Source: Candidatus Babeliales bacterium (lineage in GTDB: Bacteria > Babelota > Babeliae > Babelales > JACPOV01). From it: DNA of 64,000 nucleotides. A model generated the notes under the pieces. The model was not told the DNA's origin. It did no database searches and saw nothing but the letters and a program-made list of their open reading frames with translations. The first letter of the stretch is position 1, and the number at the start of each line of letters is the position of its first letter. The stretch is from positions 32,001 to 96,000 of the forward strand of contig JBFWNW010000004.1 of NCBI GenBank assembly GCA_050250855.1, read 5' to 3'. The translations under genes were made by a program, and so were the position numbers. Below, piece by piece: positions 19,012 to 26,290 of this stretch.

Positions 19012-19936
19012 GAATTATTTGTTTAGAGATAAAAGATTTAAAAGTTCTGTTTATTCAAATACACCTTTTACGCAGCAGGTACATGGAAAAAATAACCAAC
19101 CATAAAACGTTTTGCCTTCTTCAAAATTTCTTTTTCCAGTAGAATCATATTTGTCATGACAACAGTCATGTGCTATTAGAGAGCCCACACAGCAAAGAGG
19201 GCAAAAGATCAGTTGTGTGGCGGTACGTGCACTACACATAAGAAGCCATATTCCGGTGCCTAAATAGTATTTTCTTGATTTTTTATATTCTTCATAATTT
19301 CCATGTTCCAATGTACTAGAAGAAGCGATGCCATATTTTTGTTTAATGCGTTTGGTGTAGTTTTCTTGGCAGATTTCATTCCATTTTTCTTCTTCTTCCG
19401 GCCATCGCATACACCATGGCACGGTGCAAATACAGCAATCTTGGCAAGTATCCAAACAGTCGGATTGATAATCCATTTTTTTGTAAGCTTTTTGCATTGT
19501 TATTTGATCATTATTTTTTTGAGCAATTTCAATAATTTTTTTTGCATTTTTTGGTGTTAATCTTAAATGTTGAGCAAGAAGCTTTTCAAGTTTGGGACTT
19601 CTTGAGTTTGAGAGTGGCTCAAGGTTGCTACACAATGTATGAAAATGCTTATTAGTTTTTGCCATTGCTTTAATTGTTTTTAAACTATCTTCACTGTCAG
19701 TGGCAATATATTCTAAGATGTGCAGTTGCACAGGAAGCGGCACCTCATTCAGATAATCATACGCAACTATTTCTTGTTTTGAATCTTTTAACAAAGGCGT
19801 AGTTTCTGATGTCATTGCATTAAAAGAATATGCTGCGGTAATTATTGTTAGGTACGTTATACATTTATTCATATTTATCCCTGATAGTGTGATTTTGAAT
19901 TATTTGTTTAGAGATAAAAGATCTAAAAGTTCGGTT
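19009..19936. repeat. 43-bp direct repeats (19009-19051, 19894-19936) flanking the F-box-like gene
   Basis: tttgaattatttgtttagagataaaagat(t/c)taaaagttc(t/g)gtt, 41/43 identical; second copy spans the ankyrin gene 3' end and stop. Confidence 0.92.
19051..19872 (-). CDS. Secreted F-box-like, KYG-motif, Cys-rich protein
   Basis: FNA|MTSETTPLL; LNEVPLPVQLHILEYI...AMAKTNKHFHTLC; YTKRIKQKYGI; Cys clusters. Confidence 0.8.
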   Translation of the reverse strand: MNKCITYLTIITAAYSFNAMTSETTPLLKDSKQEIVAYDYLNEVPLPVQLHILEYIATDSEDSLKTIKAMAKTNKHFHTLCSNLEPLSNSRSPKLEKLLAQHLRLTPKNAKKIIEIAQKNNDQITMQKAYKKMDYQSDCLDTCQDCCICTVPWCMRWPEEEEKWNEICQENYTKRIKQKYGIASSSTLEHGNYEEYKKSRKYYLGTGIWLLMCSARTATQLIFCPLCCVGSLIAHDCCHDKYDSTGKRNFEEGKTFYGWLFFPCTCCVKGVFE

Positions 19937-20778
19937 CTATTGTTTTCTGATATAAATTTTGTAAAATTTACTACATGATCAGCAGCAGATTCATTAAATT
20001 TATTTTTTAATGATGGATTTGCACCATGTTTTAACAATAACTGTATAATAGCAACTACATCTTTTTGAGTGAGTACACTTGCTTTTTGTGTGACACGCAT
20101 TAAAGGCGTGGTCTCATTATTATCAGTTGTATTACAATCAGCATTCCAAGCAAGAAGCTGTTCTACGGCTTTTGTATGAAGACCCCAGACTGCCCAATGC
20201 AGAGCGGTTTGACCAAAAGTATCTTTTTGATTAATAAGACATTTTTTTGTGCCAAAAAGAAGTTTCATGATTTCAAGCTTGCCAGCTCCAGAGGCCCACT
20301 GAAAAGGAGTTTTTCCTTCAACGCCTCCTAGTTCAGGATTTGCGCCAGCATCAAGAAGAAGCTGTACAATATCAGTATGTCCTTTGTAACTTGCCCATGC
20401 AAGAGGAGTTTGTCCTTTGTTATTACGTGCATTTATTTGTACTTTTGGTTGTTGTAGCAAGAGCTCAACAACTTTTTTTTGGTTATTGCTAGCAGCCCAA
20501 TGTAAAGCAGTTTCGCCACGTTTATCTGTGTTGTTTATTATAGATGGACTATCGATAAGCCATTCTTGGACCGTATCATAGTGACCATGACCAGCTGCCC
20601 ATTGAATAGTTATATCATCAAACTTTTCTACCATGGGTTTTTGTTCATAAAAATTCTGGCTCGTTTTAGCTTGAGGCATATATTTTTGTTGCGCTCGAGA
20701 AAGTTTTCTTTCCATAGCTTGCATTGATCCAGCAACAACAAGAAGGAAAAGAAGGGGATATTTTGTATAAGTATTCAT
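19900..20778 (-). CDS. Secreted ankyrin-repeat protein
   Basis: GETALHWAA, GQTPLAWA, GKTPFQWA, GQTALHWA; MQA|MER. Confidence 0.95.
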   Translation of the reverse strand: MNTYTKYPLLFLLVVAGSMQAMERKLSRAQQKYMPQAKTSQNFYEQKPMVEKFDDITIQWAAGHGHYDTVQEWLIDSPSIINNTDKRGETALHWAASNNQKKVVELLLQQPKVQINARNNKGQTPLAWASYKGHTDIVQLLLDAGANPELGGVEGKTPFQWASGAGKLEIMKLLFGTKKCLINQKDTFGQTALHWAVWGLHTKAVEQLLAWNADCNTTDNNETTPLMRVTQKASVLTQKDVVAIIQLLLKHGANPSLKNKFNESAADHVVNFTKFISENNRTELLDLLSLNK

Positions 20779-20942
20779 ATAAACACTCCATTTAGTTATG
20801 CTTTTGTTTAATATCTATTAGTAATTATATCATAAAAAAAATAAAAGTAAAGGGGGTTTTATACCTGTAAAGAGAGCACAAAGCCCCAAGGCTTTTCAGT
20901 AGCTTTTGAAATACCTATTCTGGGGGTGCTCAGGATAGTCTT

Positions 20943-22580
20943 TTACAGACTTCTGGTTGCTACAAAGATAGGCAATTTTCCCTCTGCGCGCAAAGTTCCT
21001 TTAATAACATGAGCAACGGTATTAAATGCATCAACATCATTTTCATAGCCCATAATAAGAGCATCAGGTTGTAATTCTAAGAATAAGGGAATGCTATACG
21101 GTGTGCCAAAAAGAGCAATGATAACTGTTTTGCCCGATAAGTTTTTTAAGAATGTTAAAAATTCAAGGGAAAAACCATAGAGCTGTTTATTCTTTTCTGG
21201 GGCACAGGTAACAATAATTGTTTGATAGTTTTTAGTAAGCGCGGCACATTTAGGTATAGTTTCAGATGCTACGGTAAAAGAGGGTATTTCTAATATTCTG
21301 TCAAACATACTGTTGTGTGGCGTGCAATGAAAAATGCACGTATTTTCAGTATACGCGAGCGGCAGCATATTATTATTGCATATGAGTGTAATAGCTTTTT
21401 CAAAGGCCATTTTTTTCAGCTGACAGGCAGAAGCGTCATGTATGCGCGCTAAAGCTTGTTTTTCATCAATAAATTTTTCTTTATTCAGGTGAAGTTTTTC
21501 TTTTATCCGTAACAATTTAAGAACTTTTTTATTAACCTTTTTTTCTGAAAGTATACCCTCTGTAACAGCTTGTTCAAGATAGGCTATAGTTTCTGGGACT
21601 AAAATAGGACAGAGCAAAATATCGTTACCCGCTTGTAGTGCTTTCAATGCAACCTCTTGCGCTGAATAATGATTGGTAAGTGCTTTCATGCCCAAGCCAT
21701 CAGTGAATACAAGGCCTTTAAAGCCAAGTTCTTTTTGCAGAATATTTGTTACGACATTTCCAGAAAGGCTTGCTGGTAACGAATCATCAAAAGCAGGAAT
21801 AAGAAGATGAGCATTCATAACAGCAGCAACACCAGCATCAATAAGTTGTTTGAAGGGGTAAAGTTCTTGCGCGTGCAGTTCATCTTTATTTTTTAAAATA
21901 GTTGGCAAGTGATAATGTGAATCAAGATTAGTGTCACCATGCCCTGGAAAATGTTTTGCGCAAGCAAGAATGCCGGCATCTTGCAAACCATGCATAAATG
22001 TTGCCCCGCACGTAGCAACGTGTTCTTTCGTGTCGCCAAATGCACGATCATGAATTACAGGATTGTCAGGATTGGTATTACTATCAACAACCGGAGCAAA
22101 ATTAATATGAACACCAATAGCTTTGCATTGCTCCCCAATTTCTTTGCCAACGGCATAAAGCAATGCGTGGTCTTGCATAGCGCCAAGCGTAAGATTTTTA
22201 GGAAAGCGGACTGCATTTTCATGGCGCATAGCAAGGCCCCATTCGCAATCTTGTCCAACGAGTAGCGGAATTGCGCTCAATGCTTGGAATCTATTAGTAA
22301 GCTCTATTTGCCTACTGGTAGAACCTTTATATAAAAAAATAATGCCGCCAATGGAATACTGTTCTATGAGCAGCTCAAGATGATCATGATTGAGATTATA
22401 TGCAGATCGTTGTTGCCAATCAATTTGATCATGCGAAGGTGGTAAAACTGCTGCTGTTGTTGCCACCATGCATAATTGACCAATTTTTTGACGAAGTGAA
22501 AGGTGTGCAAGCGTTTCTTCTGCCCAACCGGCATGCGCGCTTGTTGAGAGTAGTATGATACTAAAAATATTTATTTTCAT
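20943..22580 (-). CDS. GH3 beta-N-acetylhexosaminidase (NagZ-like), exported
   Basis: KHFPGHGDTNLDSH motif, DCEWG, FAPVVD, TDGLGM; ATG 22580 precedes signal peptide. Confidence 0.92.
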   Translation of the reverse strand: MKINIFSIILLSTSAHAGWAEETLAHLSLRQKIGQLCMVATTAAVLPPSHDQIDWQQRSAYNLNHDHLELLIEQYSIGGIIFLYKGSTSRQIELTNRFQALSAIPLLVGQDCEWGLAMRHENAVRFPKNLTLGAMQDHALLYAVGKEIGEQCKAIGVHINFAPVVDSNTNPDNPVIHDRAFGDTKEHVATCGATFMHGLQDAGILACAKHFPGHGDTNLDSHYHLPTILKNKDELHAQELYPFKQLIDAGVAAVMNAHLLIPAFDDSLPASLSGNVVTNILQKELGFKGLVFTDGLGMKALTNHYSAQEVALKALQAGNDILLCPILVPETIAYLEQAVTEGILSEKKVNKKVLKLLRIKEKLHLNKEKFIDEKQALARIHDASACQLKKMAFEKAITLICNNNMLPLAYTENTCIFHCTPHNSMFDRILEIPSFTVASETIPKCAALTKNYQTIIVTCAPEKNKQLYGFSLEFLTFLKNLSGKTVIIALFGTPYSIPLFLELQPDALIMGYENDVDAFNTVAHVIKGTLRAEGKLPIFVATRSL

Positions 22581-22689
22581 AGTGCTTTCTGGTGCCGCGC
22601 TCAATCATTATTATCATTATATTTCAATTGAAAAAATACTCTTTTAATAGTATTATAATACTATATTTTTAACCACATGAGGTGAACCT

Positions 22690-23127
22690 ATGATTACCAC
22701 AACATTATATTGGTTGCTAGCAGCACTTTTATTATTATTTTTTGAGCTGGCAAGTCCCAGTCATTTTTTATTTTTTTCATTTTCATGTGGTGCTTTAGGC
22801 GGTGCTATTGCTAGTTGGTTGAATCTAACAATTTTTTGGCAGGCACTTATAGCATGTGCATTTACCATCAGTTCATTTATCTATTTGCGTTGGTGGTTGC
22901 AGGTGCATACTAAAAAGAAAGCGGAATATGAATCAAATATGTTTGCCTTGGTAGGTAAAACGGGAATTATTACCAAAGCAGCGCAAGCTCAAGAATTTGG
23001 GCAGGTTAAAATTGGCGGCCAAATATGGTCATGCCGCGGTGTACATGATCAAGCCATGCAAGAAGGAAGTAGAGTGCGTATCGTCCGTGTGCAAGGTGCA
23101 CATGTTGTTGTAGAACCTCTTGTTTGA
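22690..23127 (+). CDS. NfeD-like membrane protein
   Basis: Hydrophobic N-terminus, LVGKTG, GQVKIGGQIWS; adjacent to SPFH gene. Confidence 0.9.
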   Translation: MITTTLYWLLAALLLLFFELASPSHFLFFSFSCGALGGAIASWLNLTIFWQALIACAFTISSFIYLRWWLQVHTKKKAEYESNMFALVGKTGIITKAAQAQEFGQVKIGGQIWSCRGVHDQAMQEGSRVRIVRVQGAHVVVEPLV

Positions 23128-23139
23128 AAGGCTTAGATT

Positions 23140-24120
23140 ATGATCGAAATTGGTATTTTTCTTATAGTTCTTTTAGTTATTGGTGCATTTATTTTAGCGC
23201 AATCTGTCTATTTAATTCGCCAATCAGAGGCACTTATTATTGAACGTTTTGGGCGCTTTGACCGTGTATTAACGCCAGGGTTGCATATGATTATGCCATT
23301 CATGGACCGTCCTCATATGGTTGTTTGGACATTTTTGGTGCCTGATGGCCGTGGAAAATATATGCGCATTTTGCAAAACGTTACTAAAATTGATCTGCGC
23401 GAAGCGGTATATGATTTTCCAAAACAAAATGTAATTACCAAAGATAACGTAACCATGGAAATTAATGCCTTGTTATATTATCAAATTACTGATCCAAAAG
23501 CTGCTATTTATGAAGTGGCGAATTTGCCAGAAGCAATTGAAAAATTAACGCAAACAACGTTGCGTAACGTTATAGGTTCCTTGGACCTTGATGAAACATT
23601 GACTTCACGCGATCAGATCAATGAAAAGCTTCGTATTATTTTAGATGAAGCAACAGACAAATGGGGCGTTAAGGTAAACCGTGTTGAACTGCAGGAAGTA
23701 AATCCACCGCATGATATTCGTCAAGCAATGGAAAAACAAATGCGCGCTGAGCGTGATCGCCGTGCAAAGATTTTGGAATCTGAAGGTACTAAGCGTGCAG
23801 CAATTTTAGAAGCAGAAGGTATGCAAGAATCAAGTATTCTTAGAGCAAAAGGTATAGCAGAATCACAAGTTATTACCGCAACTGCAGAAGCTGAAGCCCG
23901 TTTAAAAATTGCTCAAGCTGAAGCAAAAGCTATTGAAATGATTCAGCAAGCAATGCCAGCTGGCGATCCCATGCATTATATGATTGCAACGCAGTATATC
24001 AAAGCCTTGCCAGAATTAACTAAAGGCAAAGATGATAAACTGGTGGTAATTCCTTACGAAGCAGCATCGCTGGCTGGTTCTGTAGCTTCTATTAAGAAAA
24101 TATTTCAGGAAGTGAAGTAA
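23140..24120 (+). CDS. SPFH/stomatin (QmcA-like) protein
   Basis: ERFGRF, ITKDNV, TTLRNVIG, WGVKVNRVE, AERDRRA. Confidence 0.95.
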   Translation: MIEIGIFLIVLLVIGAFILAQSVYLIRQSEALIIERFGRFDRVLTPGLHMIMPFMDRPHMVVWTFLVPDGRGKYMRILQNVTKIDLREAVYDFPKQNVITKDNVTMEINALLYYQITDPKAAIYEVANLPEAIEKLTQTTLRNVIGSLDLDETLTSRDQINEKLRIILDEATDKWGVKVNRVELQEVNPPHDIRQAMEKQMRAERDRRAKILESEGTKRAAILEAEGMQESSILRAKGIAESQVITATAEAEARLKIAQAEAKAIEMIQQAMPAGDPMHYMIATQYIKALPELTKGKDDKLVVIPYEAASLAGSVASIKKIFQEVK

Positions 24121-24127
24121 GTTTTAT

Positions 24128-24276
24128 ACTTATTCATGAATTATTAACTACCGTCCGAATGCTTCGACAGGCTCAGCACGAACGACTGTAATGTAACTTT
24201 TTTTTTATCCGTTCGCCCTGCGGTGCCCGGCGTAGCTTTACGCAAAGCCTGGGAGCTCGTCGAAGGGTACGAACGG
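24128..24276. repeat. REP-like doublet, family A, with nested 33-bp module
   Basis: gcttcgacaggctcagcacgaacg..ccgttcgccctg[insert]agctcgtcgaaggg; left end resembles the TIR of 18706-18926. Confidence 0.85.
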
Positions 24277-24291
24277 AGAATTAATCGAAGC

Positions 24292-25569
24292 TCAATCTAC
24301 ATCACTATATTTTCTGGGTAAATTTTTTTCTCCCTGATGTCTACCAATATTATAGATATCTTCCAAAGTTGGTTTATATTCAGAGGCTGGGGTATTTTGT
24401 TCAATCTGTTGCAATGATGTTTCAAGAGATGAAAGTTGTTTTTGGAGCGATTGAAGCTCAAGAGCAAGAGGACTTGCAGCAGGTGTTTCAATGGTAATAG
24501 GTTTTGTTACAGGAGCAGCCTTTACCGTTTTATCCCAACCATCTTTTCTTTGGTATATAAATAAATAGCCGCTTGCATTCGATTGGAGACCACCTTCAAT
24601 TTGTTCTTTGTGCTGAGAGTCATTAATTGATACTTGAAGTACTTGCTGGTCATCGCAACGATACCAGATGTTATTTGGTTGACGAACATAAGCCCAGTAA
24701 TGACCACCTTTTGCACCGCCACCTTGCACGATTACGCTTATTAATTCATAATCTGTCGGTTGGCCTTTTGTATTGACATAGTTTTTAATATCAAGTTTCT
24801 CAGGAATAGAAATTTGGTTGTGCAATTTTTGGCCAAAATTATCAAAGCGTTTTAGTGAAATAAAGAGAATTTCTGGTGCTTTGGACATTTTAAGTTGCTT
24901 GGTACAATCTGCGCGTTTTTCTTGTATGTTTGCTGCTGTTTCTTTCATACCTTTTTTGTATATGATGTATTCATCAATTTTTTCTATAGCAAAATAATTC
25001 TGTAGGCATTCTTGTAAGGAATTTAAGTTTTTTCCACTATTATTTTGTATCGGAAGGTCTAGGTTCTGGGCATCGTCTGTTTTAGGAACAGAAAAACCTT
25101 TATCTTGAGTTCTTGCAGGGCAATTGATCGTTGATATGAGTAAAAAATGAAAAAAATTTTTTATGGGCGAATTTTCTTTCTCTTTATCTGTGGCATATTT
25201 ATTATGTAATTTTTCTGAAAATTTCCATATAAATTCAGTAGCATCTTCTTGCGAACCACAGACAGGACCTTCTTCCTCTGATTTCATCAGTTCGTATGCT
25301 TGTTTATCCAGTGTTCCCAAAGTACCACTGCATCCAAATGTTTGTTGAGGAGTATTTCTAAACTGAGTAATAAGAGTAATATAATTACCAACAATAGTTT
25401 GATCCGTTGGTTTTTGTTGTATAAGAAAATTAGTCAATGGGGTGATGTTGTATAATGCTTGAAGGCTGGCATTTAAAAAGCAGGTGTTGCCACAATTTTG
25501 CAGCTTATGCGGTTGAGCGAAGGCAGTTTGTGTTGCCAAACACATAATAAAAAGAATAAGTTTTTTCAT
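24292..25569 (-). CDS. Secreted USP-family (peptidase C19) deubiquitinase-like protein
   Basis: Cys box LQNCGNTCFLNASLQAL, QEDATEF, LKRF, His box GGHYWAY, WYRCDD, YLFIY; signal peptide. Confidence 0.92.
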   Translation of the reverse strand: MKKLILFIMCLATQTAFAQPHKLQNCGNTCFLNASLQALYNITPLTNFLIQQKPTDQTIVGNYITLITQFRNTPQQTFGCSGTLGTLDKQAYELMKSEEEGPVCGSQEDATEFIWKFSEKLHNKYATDKEKENSPIKNFFHFLLISTINCPARTQDKGFSVPKTDDAQNLDLPIQNNSGKNLNSLQECLQNYFAIEKIDEYIIYKKGMKETAANIQEKRADCTKQLKMSKAPEILFISLKRFDNFGQKLHNQISIPEKLDIKNYVNTKGQPTDYELISVIVQGGGAKGGHYWAYVRQPNNIWYRCDDQQVLQVSINDSQHKEQIEGGLQSNASGYLFIYQRKDGWDKTVKAAPVTKPITIETPAASPLALELQSLQKQLSSLETSLQQIEQNTPASEYKPTLEDIYNIGRHQGEKNLPRKYSDVD

Positions 25570-25871
25570 AAAATCCCTTTTTTATAATGAATTATTTTTG
25601 AGCATACTATTTATTTTTTATGGTTTACAAGGATTTTAGGGCCCTACGGGCTAGTTTTTTTTGTTTATTATATTTTTTATATCTTAAGTTTTACGACCCC
25701 TATTCGGGGCAGAACCAGCCCCTTTTGCTTGTACAAAAGGGCTGGACAAAAATACACCAACATGCTGTTGGATCAGCTTGCCCGCTCAGACATCAACCAC
25801 TCATCCTTCGGCTTTCAGCCTTGGCTTCAGGTCGCTGATTCGCTACCGGTGTGAATGTATAAATTATAATT

Positions 25872-26007
25872 CGTTCGCCCTGAGCCTGTCGAAGGGGTGC
25901 GAACAAAAAGTAAGGCCATTCGTATGCTTCGACAAGCTCAGCACGAACGGAGTTAGTGTTGAGCATAGCGTTTACTACTGAGTTTATCGAAGTATCAGCA
26001 CGAACGG
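25872..26007. repeat. REP-like units, family A
   Basis: cgttcgccctgagcctgtcgaaggg / gcttcgacaagctcagcacgaacgg plus a degenerate third unit. Confidence 0.85.
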
Positions 26008-26290
26008 TTAATTTTAATATTATGCACCTTGAAAGCTCATATGTTTGAGAGCTTCTCAGTTTTCTTGCCCGGCGTAGCTTTTTTAAGCGAAGCCTGGGTA
26101 AAAACTGGAAGCCGAGTTATGAGCGCAGAGAGATACATAAGAGATCTTCTCTTATGTGCCCTTGTGTTAAGGGTATTGGGCACGCAATACCTTTGTGCCC
26201 TGCGCCTGGCATGAAGGCGTCGTGAGATATGCAAAAATAAAAAAATAGATGTTGTAGAAAGATAAAATTAATTAAATTAATTAAAAAAAA

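Noticed and set aside
20863..20934. Glycine riboswitch
   Set aside because: Only loose resemblance; the conserved GCCGAAG and CTCTCAGG cores are missing and the orientation does not fit the downstream gene.
18684..26234. Short ORFs over REP or structured regions (18684-18905, 25620-25838, 25778-25981, 26029-26214, 26037-26234)
   Set aside because: They translate palindromic repeats (FDKLSTNG, ALSLSKG), lack RBS support and are likely spurious.
25690..26235. tmRNA, RNase P, SRP or 6S RNA in the long intergenic region
   Set aside because: No tRNA-like ends, GAGGAAAGTCC, SRP loop motif or long 6S-like rod recognised; kept only as unknown structured candidates.
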